A DNA stretch of 64,000 nt from Candidatus Saccharicenans sp. (GTDB taxonomy: Bacteria; Acidobacteriota; Aminicenantia; Aminicenantales; Saccharicenantaceae): NCBI GenBank assembly GCA_024653215.1, contig JANLFU010000007.1:26848-90847 (forward strand). The letters are read 5' to 3'. Below, in pieces: positions 1-9,906 of the stretch. The notes beneath the pieces are model-generated. The model did not search any database, had not been told where the DNA came from, and was given only the letters and a program-made list of their open reading frames with translations. Within the stretch, counting starts at the first letter, position 1. The number at the start of each line of letters is the position of its first letter. The translations under genes were made by a program, and so were the position numbers.

Positions 1-729
1 AATCAGGATGTCGGCATCGCCGGCTCCTTCTCCCTTGAAGCCCTTGATGGCAGCGCTTTCCTTGGACAGGGCCAGGTCTAGGGCGGCCGGTCCTTCCACC
101 CGGGCCCCTTTAATCTGGCCACGCTCGGCCATAACCTTGATGATGGCCGCGTCAACCGTCGAGGGAACCTTTTGGCTGACGGTTTCAACGGAGCTAATGA
201 TATAGGCATACGGATTTTCAACGCCCAGGGCCTGGGCCACCTCGATGGCGTAGCCCAGGATTTTTACCTTCTGCTCCAGGTCGGGCAGCACCAGGATAGC
301 CACGTCGGAAACGATCAGCAGCTTATGGTAAGCGGGAATCTCCAGCACCGTCACATGGGAAAGAAGCCCGTTGGGCGGAAGCAATCCGTTTTCCTTGTCC
401 AGTATGGCCTTCATGTATTCCGGCGTACCCACCAGGCCTTTCATCAGGATGTCGCCCTGGCCCTCGCGGACCATTTTGACCGCCTGTTTCAGGGCAGCCT
501 TGTTGTCGGCCAGGTTAATTATGTTAAAAATGGAAGCCGAGAGGCCATGCTTTTCGGCCACTTCCTCGATTTTCTTCTTGTTCCCAACCATGATGACTTC
601 GACCAGGCCCTCGACCTGGGCCCGGGAAACGGCCTCGATGGTGTGGGGGTCTTCACCGCAGGCCACCACCAGCTTCCTGGCGGGTAGCCCCTTGGCCTCT
701 GAAACGATATCTTCCAGTTTCTTGATCAT
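1..729 (-). CDS. ptb: phosphate butyryltransferase (PTA/PTB family), truncated by window edge
   Basis: Absent from the ORF track because its stop lies outside the window. Manual translation from ATG 729 gives [34 protein letters not shown]...DILMKGLV...LLIVSDVAI...[12 protein letters not shown]...GDADILI. ATGA overlap with the buk stop. Confidence 0.9.
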   Translation of the reverse strand, partial: MIKKLEDIVSEAKGLPARKLVVACGEDPHTIEAVSRAQVEGLVEVIMVGNKKKIEEVAEKHGLSASIFNIINLADNKAALKQAVKMVREGQGDILMKGLVGTPEYMKAILDKENGLLPPNGLLSHVTVLEIPAYHKLLIVSDVAILVLPDLEQKVKILGYAIEVAQALGVENPYAYIISSVETVSQKVPSTVDAAIIKVMAERGQIKGARVEGPAALDLALSKESAAIKGFKGEGAGDADILI

Positions 730-1820
730 GGTTTCTCCTCCCTGATTTCATTTTCATATATCTTGGCCTTTTCCTCGCCTCTCAGGACTCTCAGGGCCCC
801 TTCCAGCAGGGCGCTCATCTCGTCTTCACCGGGATAGAGGTAGAAGGGAGCGATAAACTCGCAGCGAGCCCTGACCATGTCCACAAAATCCCGGTAGTAG
901 GCCAGGCCACCGGTCAGGACTATGCCGTCAACTTTCCCTTCGAGCACCGTGGCCATGGCCCCGATCCACTTGGCCACGTTGTAGGCCATGGCCTGGATAA
1001 TCAGGGTGGCCTTCGGGTCGCCGTTCTTGACCATTTCCTCCACGGCTCTCATGTCGTTTGTCCCGAGGTGGGCGACGATACCGCCTTTCCCGGCCAGCAT
1101 CTTCTTGATTTCAGGCTTGGTGTACTGGCCCGAGAAACAGAGTTCCACCAGGTCGGCGGCCGGCAGGCTTCCGGCTCTTTCCGGGGCAAACGGCCCGTCG
1201 CCATTGAGGGCATTATTGACGTCAACGACCTTTCCTTTTTTATGAGCGCCGACACTGATCCCGCCACCCATATGGACCACAACCAGGTTCAGCTCTTCAT
1301 AAGTTTTGCCCAGGTCCCTGGCCGCCTGGCGAGCCACCTTCTTCTGGTTAAGGGCATGCAGGATGCTCCGGCGTCTGATCATCGGCAGCCCGGTTATCCT
1401 GGCCACCTCTTCCAGCTCGTCAACCACCACCGGGTCGACGATGAAGGCCGGGATGTTGAGTTCGCCGGCGATGGTGTGGGCAATCATGGCCCCGAGGTTG
1501 GAGGCGTGTTCGCCCTGGATCTCGGCCCTGAGGTCTTCCAGCATCTTTTCGGTCACGGCATAGGTCCCGCTGGGAATGGGCCTAAGTAGCCCGCCCCGGC
1601 CAACCACAGCCCGGAGAGACTCCTTTGGAAGGCCGGCCCTGGCCAGCTCTTTCAGGATGACCTCTTTTCTGAATTCAAACTGGTCAATTATTTTGGGGAA
1701 TTTCTGGATTTCTTCCAGGGGATGGGACAGGTTAACCTTGAAAACTTCCTTTTCATCGTCAAAAACTGCTATCTTGGTTGAAGTTGAACCCGGGTTGATG
1801 ACCAGAATTCTCCACGACAT
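726..1820 (-). CDS. buk: butyrate kinase
   Basis: [43 protein letters not shown] and GGLAY motifs; GGAGG RBS. Confidence 0.96.
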   Translation of the reverse strand: MSWRILVINPGSTSTKIAVFDDEKEVFKVNLSHPLEEIQKFPKIIDQFEFRKEVILKELARAGLPKESLRAVVGRGGLLRPIPSGTYAVTEKMLEDLRAEIQGEHASNLGAMIAHTIAGELNIPAFIVDPVVVDELEEVARITGLPMIRRRSILHALNQKKVARQAARDLGKTYEELNLVVVHMGGGISVGAHKKGKVVDVNNALNGDGPFAPERAGSLPAADLVELCFSGQYTKPEIKKMLAGKGGIVAHLGTNDMRAVEEMVKNGDPKATLIIQAMAYNVAKWIGAMATVLEGKVDGIVLTGGLAYYRDFVDMVRARCEFIAPFYLYPGEDEMSALLEGALRVLRGEEKAKIYENEIREEKP

Positions 1821-1967
1821 TATTACCTCCCGATGATTGCCGAACCGTAAGAAAGTTAAAGATTACCAAGCAAATAACCTTCTGGCGGAATTCAGGTTTT
1901 GCCTGTTTTAAGAGAAACTATTATATACGATTAAAAGCCCTGAAAAAAAGTAGAAAACTAATTTTTT

Positions 1968-2858
1968 TTAGCTCGAGGCGGGCCGGTAAAGGTCGAACTT
2001 TTTTACCAGGAGGTGGGGGTGGTAGGAAAGCTTTGATTGGCGTAACCCCGGAATCCCGGCATCCTGTTCCCGGTTGATGTACCTGAATTCCTTCCAGATG
2101 GTCCTGGCACATTCCCGGTTAAGGAATTGATGAAGGCCTGGTATCTCGCGGCTGGCCAGCTCCACGTGCACAACCGCAGTTTCAGCGTTTAGCTTCTCGC
2201 CGAGACAAAAGCCTTCGACCTGGCCGTTGATGATGGCCACCATCCCGGAAAGCCCCATGGCTTCAAAATTTCCCAGGGCTTCCTTTATGGCCCGGGAGGC
2301 AGCCCGGCCACGCTCGTCCATAACCCGGTTTTCTTCGGGGCTGTTGGCCTCCCAGCGATCAACCAGCTCCAGGCAACCACCTATTTCTGATCGGGCCAGA
2401 GGCCTCAGCTCTGGCTGGAAATTTTTCTCAAACTTCTTGATCTGATTTCTCTTGCCGTCGTATTTTTTACCTTTCAGATTACACAGGTCTTCGGTCAGGT
2501 AAACATAGTCAAAGTTGTCGCGGTCTTCCCTGACCTGGTACTTTGCCCCGATTTTCTTGAGGAACTTTTCCGAAACGCGGGAAAGTCGCGGAGCCACGGA
2601 CAGGCAGGCCTCAACTGTCTCTTCGAGGCGACTGTCCCCCACCGGCTCCAGAAAGTAGGCCGGCTCATCGGGCGGCTGGCAGAAAAGGCAGAAATTGCCG
2701 TTGATCAGGGTCTGCTGCGGCCTTTCCCAGTGCCGCCAGATGTAGAGGTTGGCAAAGGTCAGCTCGCAAATTTCAGGCTGATAAGCTTCAAGATACTTAT
2801 TGACTTCATCCCGGTCGGCCATTTCTACCGGCTTCATCTGGGGAAAGGCAGGAATCAT
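1968..2858 (-). CDS. DUF2156 / aminoacyl-phosphatidylglycerol-synthase C-terminal-like domain protein (soluble)
   Basis: CELTFANLYIW, DYVY..EDL.NLKGKKYDGKRN, INREQDAGIPGLRQSKLSYHP signature. Confidence 0.85.
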   Translation of the reverse strand: MIPAFPQMKPVEMADRDEVNKYLEAYQPEICELTFANLYIWRHWERPQQTLINGNFCLFCQPPDEPAYFLEPVGDSRLEETVEACLSVAPRLSRVSEKFLKKIGAKYQVREDRDNFDYVYLTEDLCNLKGKKYDGKRNQIKKFEKNFQPELRPLARSEIGGCLELVDRWEANSPEENRVMDERGRAASRAIKEALGNFEAMGLSGMVAIINGQVEGFCLGEKLNAETAVVHVELASREIPGLHQFLNRECARTIWKEFRYINREQDAGIPGLRQSKLSYHPHLLVKKFDLYRPASS

Positions 2859-2995
2859 GTTGCACCTGTTATGAAGTACTTGCCCGCCTTTGAGAAACTT
2901 GATTTAAGGGCAGACCCTCTTTCAGGAATTAAGAAAGGCTTGATTTCCGAATCCTCCAAGGCCGGATGGTCTGAATTATTGGAACAGCTATCCAT
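2855..2995 (-). CDS. putative 46-aa small ORF bridging the GNAT and DUF2156 genes
   Basis: ATG at 2995 lies within the last codons of the GNAT gene; its TGA overlaps the DUF2156 ATG (ATGA); no recognisable domain. Confidence 0.3.
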   Translation of the reverse strand: MDSCSNNSDHPALEDSEIKPFLIPERGSALKSSFSKAGKYFITGAT

Positions 2996-3416
2996 TATTA
3001 ACATTTTTATCTGCTTTCCGGAGCATGACCACGCACTTATCACGGTCACAGCCCGCGCACCAGGCCGGGTCCTTTTTCAGGACTTCCGGCACTTCTTCCA
3101 CCCGGACAAAACCCAGCTTCTCGTAGAAACCCGGGACAGTGGTCAGGAGATAGACTCTTCTTCCGGCCAGGTTCTTCAGGGCTTCCTCCACCAGCCTTTT
3201 CCCCACACCCATATCCCGGTACTCTTCCAGAACGCCCACGGCCACCAGCTCCAGGAATTCGCCAAAATCCCGGATTCCCAGGATTCCGACTATCTTTCCC
3301 CGTTCTTCGGCCACGAAGAAGGTGTCGTTTTCCATGCCGGAATAGTCGAGGGCCAGCCGCCAGGCTATCCTGACGATGTAGGGCATATCCTGTGGAGAAG
3401 CTTTTCTGATTATCAT
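2988..3416 (-). CDS. GNAT N-acetyltransferase (short ArgA-like)
   Basis: VGVLEEYRDMGVG acetyl-CoA motif A, LLTT..GFYEKLGF, C-terminal CxxCxxxxC. Confidence 0.85.
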   Translation of the reverse strand: MIIRKASPQDMPYIVRIAWRLALDYSGMENDTFFVAEERGKIVGILGIRDFGEFLELVAVGVLEEYRDMGVGKRLVEEALKNLAGRRVYLLTTVPGFYEKLGFVRVEEVPEVLKKDPAWCAGCDRDKCVVMLRKADKNVNNG

Positions 3417-3494
3417 TTTGATTTAAGATTATACCAGAATTAAGGCCTGTTAATAAGGCTTCAAAAAGAATCGACCGGCTTTCAAAACTCTGGT

Positions 3495-5135
3495 CTATTT
3501 CTTATTCAAAGTAACAGGTTTCAGCAGCAGGTCCTGGTAGTCGTAGCTGAAGTCGACGTCTGAGGAGAAGGGCAGCATTTTAACTTCGGAAATTTTCCCC
3601 TCATGGTCGAGATTGAAAGTAACGAAGGCATCCGCCCTCAGCTCCCGGTCAAACCAGCGGGCCACAAAGGTGTCGTAATGCCAGTGCTCCAGCTGGCCAT
3701 AAAGTTCCGGGCTGTGCTTGAACTGCATGGTCAGCTGTCCGTTTTCCAGTTTAATCTCAACCTCTCCGTACCAGGCATCCCGGTAAAGTCCGGCATATTC
3801 CTGCAGGGGCAGGGAAGGCTTGGTGTCTTTCTTCCTCGAAGCATAGATTTTATCCAGCTCTTCCTTCGACCTCCGCGCATTTCTCTCGTTAAATTTTCTG
3901 TAGGCTTCAACCCAGTCAAATTTCGGGGCCTTAAGGTAATAATCAACAATCTGGTAGGTTAAAGCGGCAAAGGCGGCCGTAGATTCCTGGTTGGTCAGCA
4001 CGGTGACGCCCAATCCTATTTCCGGCATCAGCCAGACCTGGGAAACATAGCCCTCCAGGCCTCCGGTATGAGTGAGGACTTTGTAGCGCCGGTAATCGCG
4101 AATCCTCAGCCCAAGAGCATAACCGTTGAAATTCATGGCCGCGGGTTCCAGCTCCGGCGCCGGTCTGGAAACTGGTATGGGAGTGGCGATGTTGGTTATC
4201 TCATTCAGCGCTCTTTCCGAAACCAGCTGGCTGCCGTCTGCCAGTTTTCCGTTATTAAGAAGAACCAGCATCCACTTAGCCATGTCCTCGGCACAGGAAT
4301 TTATTCCGCCGGCCGGGTTGACGTTTTCGGTGAGATACAGGGTTTTTACCGGCACAACCTTCCCTTCGAGGGGGACGTGTGGCCAGGCCCTGTTTTCTTC
4401 CTTAGCCACCAGGGCACAGCTGGTGTTGCTGAATTCCATTCCGACTTTTTTCTGAATCTTTTCCCGGACGAAGTCTTCCCATCTCAACCCGCTCACCCGC
4501 TCCAGGAGTTCACCGGCCACCACGAACATGATGTTGTTATAGGCATAGCGTGTCCGGAAGGAGCTGCTGGGCCTGATGTATCTAACCCGCCTTAAAATCT
4601 CCTCCCGGTTGAGGTCTGAAGCCGGCCAGAGCATCAGGTCGCCTGCTCCCAGGCCCAGGCCGCAGCGGTGGCAGAGAAGGTCGCGAACGGTAATCTCGCG
4701 GCTGACGGCCGGGTCATACATCTGGAAATCGGGAAGGTAATCTATGACCGGGGCATCCCAGCGAATTTTCCCCTCGTCCACCAGCATGCCCAAAGCTACA
4801 GCCGTGAAGACCTTGCTGTTGGAGGCGATGCCGAAGAGAGTCCGGGCATCAACCGGGTCCGGTTCGCCCAGCTTTTTTACTCCGTAGCCTTTGGCCAGCA
4901 GCACCTGGCCGTCTTTGACGATAGCCAGGCTCAGCCCCGGCACTTCGAATGTCTTCATCACCCGGGCCACGGTGGCTTCCAGGTCGGGCGGCAGGCTGGC
5001 CTTCTGCGGAGTCCTGGTCCCCTGGGCCAGCGCCGGCAGTCCGGCAAAGACCAGGGTTAAGAGAACGAACACCAGCAATAGGGACGTCCGGGTGCGTCTG
5101 GTTAAGCATGACCACGAATTATTCCTGCATTTCAT
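3495..5135 (-). CDS. secreted serine hydrolase (beta-lactamase class C-like, DUF3471-type C-terminus)
   Basis: SxxK (IASNSK), YxN (YNN), HTGG; signal peptide; GGAGG RBS before ATG 5135. Confidence 0.9.
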   Translation of the reverse strand: MKCRNNSWSCLTRRTRTSLLLVFVLLTLVFAGLPALAQGTRTPQKASLPPDLEATVARVMKTFEVPGLSLAIVKDGQVLLAKGYGVKKLGEPDPVDARTLFGIASNSKVFTAVALGMLVDEGKIRWDAPVIDYLPDFQMYDPAVSREITVRDLLCHRCGLGLGAGDLMLWPASDLNREEILRRVRYIRPSSSFRTRYAYNNIMFVVAGELLERVSGLRWEDFVREKIQKKVGMEFSNTSCALVAKEENRAWPHVPLEGKVVPVKTLYLTENVNPAGGINSCAEDMAKWMLVLLNNGKLADGSQLVSERALNEITNIATPIPVSRPAPELEPAAMNFNGYALGLRIRDYRRYKVLTHTGGLEGYVSQVWLMPEIGLGVTVLTNQESTAAFAALTYQIVDYYLKAPKFDWVEAYRKFNERNARRSKEELDKIYASRKKDTKPSLPLQEYAGLYRDAWYGEVEIKLENGQLTMQFKHSPELYGQLEHWHYDTFVARWFDRELRADAFVTFNLDHEGKISEVKMLPFSSDVDFSYDYQDLLLKPVTLNKK

Positions 5136-5476
5136 TTCGACCACCTCCAATGAAGGTAAGAGATCATGTTTTTATAACAGGCCGATTTTAACATTTTTTG
5201 CTGTGGCTAAAAAATATTTCCTTATCCCGAAAATTTAAGATTGAATTGAATCGCATTAATTCAAGAAAAGGGCGCCAACAAACAAATAATGATGGGATGG
5301 CCAGGATGTTCATTATTCACCACGGGGCACGGTTAACAAGAAGCATCCGGATAAAAAACCTTTATCCGCTCCAGACGCCACATAGTCCGGCCTGCGAAGT
5401 CCATCCTGTGCCACCCGATGCCTGGCAGAACCGGATCCGGACCAGGCCCCCGGCCTGCCTGAAAATTAAAGGGGAC

Positions 5477-5779
5477 CTACCTCCGGCAGGCTTTGCGCGT
5501 GCCCAGGATGCCGCCCTGCAGGAACAGCCCGGCTCCCAGGACAAAGCCAAAGTTATACCAGTTGCCGTTGTTGTGGACTTCGTAAATCCTGACATTCTTG
5601 CTGAACAGGGAAACGATGAAGGTGATGGGCGAAATTAGCCCGTGCCAGAGTCCCTTCCAGAACCCGGCCACCTTGCCCTTGGCGCTGGGCGTCTTTTCCA
5701 GGTCATTTGGACCCGGGGCACAACCGGTCAGCAACAGGACGACGCACAGCAGGAGGCAGACCATGGCTATGGTTTTCAT
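5477..5779 (-). CDS. small membrane lipoprotein, hypothetical
   Basis: Lipobox LLTGC; GFWKGLWHG...IYEVHNNGNWYNFGF; AGGAGAGG RBS. Confidence 0.8.
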   Translation of the reverse strand: MKTIAMVCLLLCVVLLLTGCAPGPNDLEKTPSAKGKVAGFWKGLWHGLISPITFIVSLFSKNVRIYEVHNNGNWYNFGFVLGAGLFLQGGILGTRKACRR

Positions 5780-5948
5780 AACCTCTCCTTTCTAAGCTAA
5801 GACCCTTGCCTTCTTATATCCCTTAATTATCAAGGGCTGTCAAGTGATAATTAAGGTGGAGTTTAATGGCGGACAGCCATCCCACCCATTCCTCCTATCC
5901 AACTTAAATCAGAAAAGCCCTGTTGAGGCACCCGAATCCTGCCATTGC

Positions 5949-5964
5949 TGGCACAATATATGCT
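5949..5964 (+). promoter_or_regulatory. sigma54 (-24/-12) promoter candidate
   Basis: TGGCACAATATATGCT with exact GG-N10-GC spacing, about 115 nt upstream of the ORF at 6080. Confidence 0.65.
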
Positions 5965-6079
5965 GTATTATTAAAAGCAGGAATACTGCGATAATGATAA
6001 CAGACATCGCATTTTCCAAAGATGTAACCTTTAAGGGACAGAACATCCCGGAAAAAGGACATTAAAGCCGGAGGGGATC

Positions 6080-6517
6080 ATGAAAGCAAAAATTATGATG
6101 ATCACGGCGCTTTTTCTGGCTGCCTTGACCATGACCGCCTGCGATCTCCTGGACCAGAGCAGCGAACTAAAATTCCTGGCCGACTACCAGAAAAACCCGG
6201 ACGGGACCATCACCTTTACCCTGACCATCAGAAACGAAGGCAGTAAGACCCTGGACCTGGTCTCCGCAACTTCCCAGATCTACGACATTGAGGTCTACCA
6301 GGAACCGGGAATCCTGGTCTGGAACTGGGCCTACGGCCAGAGTTTTCCCCAGGTCATTACCACGGTAACGCTCCAGCCGGGGGAACAGAAGACCTACCAG
6401 GTAACCTGGAATGGCCGCTCCAACCAGGGCGACCCGGTGCCCTCAGGCTCATATAGCGCCAGGGCCAGGCTGGTTACCGAACCTTCCGCCAGCTACAGGT
6501 TCGAAATAAACATCTAA
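6080..6517 (+). CDS. lipoprotein with BsuPI-like (proteinase inhibitor-type Ig-fold) domain
   Basis: Lipobox MTAC; YDIEVY...WNWAYGQSFPQVITTVTLQPGE...TWNG...VPSGSY pattern; GGAGG RBS. Confidence 0.75.
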   Translation: MKAKIMMITALFLAALTMTACDLLDQSSELKFLADYQKNPDGTITFTLTIRNEGSKTLDLVSATSQIYDIEVYQEPGILVWNWAYGQSFPQVITTVTLQPGEQKTYQVTWNGRSNQGDPVPSGSYSARARLVTEPSASYRFEINI

Positions 6518-6532
6518 AGAACGTAGAAAGAA

Positions 6533-6558
6533 AAGAGCAGCCATTTCTGGCTGCTCTT
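6533..6558. terminator. stem-loop after the BsuPI-like gene, probable intrinsic terminator
   Basis: AAGAGCAGCCA-TTTC-TGGCTGCTCTT, 11-bp stem. Confidence 0.6.
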
Positions 6559-6700
6559 GAATTGATTCCAGGATCGAGAAGCCTACCTGTCTATTTTGCT
6601 ACCTCTTATCCTTGAAAGACATGGTTTCCAAAGAAAGGTTGCTATAATCTGCCCTAAAAACTTAGAATAATTTCTCAAATCAAGAATGAAAGGGAGAAGA

Positions 6701-8203
6701 ATGAAAAGACAATCCAACCAGGGCAGGCAACCTTGTAAATATCATCGTTTCCTTTCCTTCTATCTGATGGTCATGTTAATCGCAGTTGCTCCGACCCTAT
6801 CGGCCCAGGAAGAGCGGTACGTGCCCGAAACGGACCCGCTGGTGCTCCAGAAGCTCAAAGCCTGGCAGGACCTTAAATTTGGCCTGCTGATGCACTGGGG
6901 GCCGTACAGCCAGTGGGGCATTGTCGAGAGCTGGTCCATCTGCCCCGAAGACGAAGGCTGGTGCCGCCGCAGCCTGGAAGATTATTACGAATACGTCAAG
7001 AAGTATGAAGGCCTGAAGAAAACTTTCAACCCTGTTAAATTCGACCCCTCCCTCTGGGCCCGGGCAGCAAAAGAAGCCGGCATGCGTTACGTAATTTTCA
7101 CCACCAAGCATCATGACGGCTTCTGCATGTTCGACACCAGGTATACTGACTACAAGGTCACCGACCCGAAGTGTCCTTTCAGCTCCAACCCCAGAGCCAA
7201 CATTACCAGGGAAATTTTCGATGCCTTCAGAAAGGAAGGTTTCTGGGTTGGGGCTTACTTCTCCAAGCCCGACTGGCATTCTCCCTACTACTGGTGGCCG
7301 AACTTTCCCCCCCGCGACCGCAACGTCAACTATGACCCGGAAGCCTACCCCGAGCGCTGGGCCAAGTTCGTGGAATACACCCATAACCAGATCCTGGAAC
7401 TCATGACAGAATACGGACGGGTGGATATCCTCTGGCTGGATGGCGGCTGGGTGTCTAAAAAATCCCCGGAAGAGCTCAGAAAATATTATGAACGCCGGAT
7501 TAAGGATAGCAAGTCCGGATACCTGAAAAGCCAGGTCATCAACCAGGACATCCTGATGGATGAACTGGTGGCCAGGTGCCGGGAAAAACAGCCCGGGTTG
7601 ATCGTGGTTGACCGGGCCGTGGCCGGCAAGAATCAGAACTACCTGACCCCCGAAAACGTCGTTCCCGATAAGGCTCTCCCCTATCCCTGGGAATCGTGCA
7701 TAATTTCGGGAGGGGGCTGGTCATACACGCCGGATGCCAGGTACATGAGCGGTCGCCAGGCCATTCACCTGCTGGTGGACATCGTGGCCAAGGGCGGAAA
7801 CCTGCTGCTCAACATCGCTCCCGGTCCCGACGGCACCTGGCAACAGGGGGCCTATGACCTGCTCAAAGAATACGCTACCTGGCTGAAGGTTAACGGACAG
7901 GCCATTTACAACACCCGGGCCCTGTCACCCTACAAGGAAGGCAAGGTGTGCTTCACCAGGGGGAAAGACGGTTCTGTTTATCTTATCTACCTCGCCGATG
8001 AGGGCGAAAAGCTGCCTGAAAAGATAAAGGTGGAAGCCTTCAAGCCAAAGGCAGGGGCACGCCTATCGATGCTGGGAACCTCGCAGAAAATTTCTTATAA
8101 GATAGCTGGCCAGGGCTTTGAGATTTCAATCCCCTCTCCCGTGCGCCACAATCCTCCCTGTAAATACGCCTGGGTTTTCAGGTTGAGCGGGGCAGCAACT
8201 TGA
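6701..8203 (+). CDS. alpha-L-fucosidase, GH29
   Basis: KFGLLMHWG, TTKHHDGF, ILWLDGG (nucleophile Asp), GGNLLLNIAP; signal peptide; alternative start at 6686. Confidence 0.93.
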   Translation: MKRQSNQGRQPCKYHRFLSFYLMVMLIAVAPTLSAQEERYVPETDPLVLQKLKAWQDLKFGLLMHWGPYSQWGIVESWSICPEDEGWCRRSLEDYYEYVKKYEGLKKTFNPVKFDPSLWARAAKEAGMRYVIFTTKHHDGFCMFDTRYTDYKVTDPKCPFSSNPRANITREIFDAFRKEGFWVGAYFSKPDWHSPYYWWPNFPPRDRNVNYDPEAYPERWAKFVEYTHNQILELMTEYGRVDILWLDGGWVSKKSPEELRKYYERRIKDSKSGYLKSQVINQDILMDELVARCREKQPGLIVVDRAVAGKNQNYLTPENVVPDKALPYPWESCIISGGGWSYTPDARYMSGRQAIHLLVDIVAKGGNLLLNIAPGPDGTWQQGAYDLLKEYATWLKVNGQAIYNTRALSPYKEGKVCFTRGKDGSVYLIYLADEGEKLPEKIKVEAFKPKAGARLSMLGTSQKISYKIAGQGFEISIPSPVRHNPPCKYAWVFRLSGAAT

Positions 8204-8204
8204 G

Positions 8205-8233
8205 TTGACAAACCAGTCATAGCCTCCTATTTT
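8205..8233 (+). promoter_or_regulatory. sigma70-type promoter candidate
   Basis: TTGACA-N17-TATTTT upstream of the ORF at 8329. Confidence 0.55.
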
Positions 8234-8328
8234 TTTATTAAGGGAAAGAAGGGGCCTGGCCCGCGCTGCTAACCGGAGTTTCTTCTGTTTCCCGTGCCCC
8301 TTCTTATTCCTCTGGAAGGAGGTAAAAA

Positions 8329-8979
8329 ATGAGAAGGGGAAAAACAGGGTTCCTGGCTTTAATCCTGGCTTTATTCCTTGGCTTTATCTTTCGGCAATCA
8401 TCCGCCGCTGTTTTCACCTTCGGCGAAACCGCGGTCAAGCTTCTGGCTGGTTGCCAGGTTGAAATTAAACCTGACCATATAACCTTCCACCTAGAAGAGG
8501 GGCGCCTGGAACTCATCCCCGAGGCCGATAACCTTAGGGTCAGAACCGTAGATAAAAATGGCAAGGTGGTCTATACCGGGACCCAGGGCCGGGTCTTTGC
8601 CGAGTGCCAGCCGGAAAAATTCCAGAAGCTCAAGGTCACCGACGCCGATTACAGGTTTATAAGGTTTGCTCTCGGCAAGCCGGAACCCGACCCGGCTGGC
8701 CGGGGAGTCCTGATTCCAAAAGGCACCAGGATCGAAAAAGTTGGGGAAGACCTCTACCGCTTCCACCTGGAGAACGGCGAAGTGATTTCCTTCAAGTGCA
8801 AGGTTGTGGGTGAAGATAAAATCGGCGATTGCACCCGGTACACGAAGGACGGCAAAATCATGTACACCAGGACCAAGGTTAAACTCTGCCGGATGAGCTC
8901 ACTGGAAGAACTTAAGTCATTGCCTTCGACCCTTCCGGAACAACTTTGGGTCCAGTTCGTGACAGAAAGTAAGGGCTGA
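8329..8979 (+). CDS. secreted hypothetical protein with internal two-fold repeat
   Basis: Signal peptide; AAGGAGG RBS; FHLEEG...DKNGKVVYT repeated as FHLENG...KDGKIMYT. Confidence 0.75.
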   Translation: MRRGKTGFLALILALFLGFIFRQSSAAVFTFGETAVKLLAGCQVEIKPDHITFHLEEGRLELIPEADNLRVRTVDKNGKVVYTGTQGRVFAECQPEKFQKLKVTDADYRFIRFALGKPEPDPAGRGVLIPKGTRIEKVGEDLYRFHLENGEVISFKCKVVGEDKIGDCTRYTKDGKIMYTRTKVKLCRMSSLEELKSLPSTLPEQLWVQFVTESKG

Positions 8980-9042
8980 AATCCAGTCTAGAACTCGGAG
9001 GGTCAGACAAGACCTCTAGGCTTACAAACCCTGGCTCTAATT

Positions 9043-9906
9043 TCAGGACCCCGCCGCTTCTACCAGGTTATAAAAAGCCACTCGCCCCAGCAATTCTTCA
9101 ATTATTACCAGGATAAGGCCTAATGCCGGGAAGGCCATGTCCGCAGGATTCTGGATCCTCTCGCCGGAATGGCTGATCAAGAGAAAAGCCAGGGCGACAA
9201 GCAGCATAACCAACCGCAGGACAAAAACCACGCGCCAGGCGGATGACCTGGAAGCCCCGGCCTCGGGCAGTGGAAATAGTCCTGATACCTGGTCAAAAAA
9301 AAGAAGGCCAATAAAAGCCAGGGCGGTCAGCAGAACCGCCGCCCGCCAGTAAAGGACACCGAGCCAGGGCAGCATCAGTGCTGGCGAACCGATTCTCTGG
9401 AAAAGCAGCAGGGCCAGGGAACCCACCAGAAAAGCCGTCATGAAGAAAAAGAAGGCGGTCCGGCTGCTTTTCCATAACCTGACCCCGGCCAGGCAGTGTA
9501 ACCTGGACATCACATAGATGACGGTCAACCCGCTCAGGCCGGTAAGGACTACCAGCAAGGCCATCGCCAGGCCTGAGGCTCTCATGATAAGCAGAAATTC
9601 CAGGGCAACCAGCAACAGGAAAAAAATTCCCAGGCTGGCAATTTCCCGGTTCAGCCAGCCGGGCTGAGCCTCTCTGACCGGAAGGTAGGCCGACAGCGAC
9701 TGCCCTCGATGAAACAGGGAGACGAGAACCGAAAGGCCGACCAGCCCCAGGAGGGCCAGGCCCCAGCGGTCAGCCGCCCGAAACAGCCAGCGGTTCTCCC
9801 AGGACCGTTCCATTACTGCCGGCCCGAAGGCAAAGATGAAAACACCCACCGACGATTGCACCAGGAAGGTAAAAAGAACCAGGGGCCATTCTTTAATTTT
9901 CAACAT
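9043..9906 (-). CDS. DmsC/YnfH-like molybdoenzyme membrane anchor (about 8 TM)
   Basis: EWPLVLFTFLVQ N-terminus, SLFH.G...WLNREI, C-terminal EELLGRVAFY. Confidence 0.8.
   Translation of the reverse strand: MLKIKEWPLVLFTFLVQSSVGVFIFAFGPAVMERSWENRWLFRAADRWGLALLGLVGLSVLVSLFHRGQSLSAYLPVREAQPGWLNREIASLGIFFLLLVALEFLLIMRASGLAMALLVVLTGLSGLTVIYVMSRLHCLAGVRLWKSSRTAFFFFMTAFLVGSLALLLFQRIGSPALMLPWLGVLYWRAAVLLTALAFIGLLFFDQVSGLFPLPEAGASRSSAWRVVFVLRLVMLLVALAFLLISHSGERIQNPADMAFPALGLILVIIEELLGRVAFYNLVEAAGS

Noticed and set aside
3495-5135. Antibiotic-resistance beta-lactamase
   Set aside because: The architecture fits the broad serine hydrolase/peptidase family with a DUF3471-type tail; nothing shows beta-lactam specificity.
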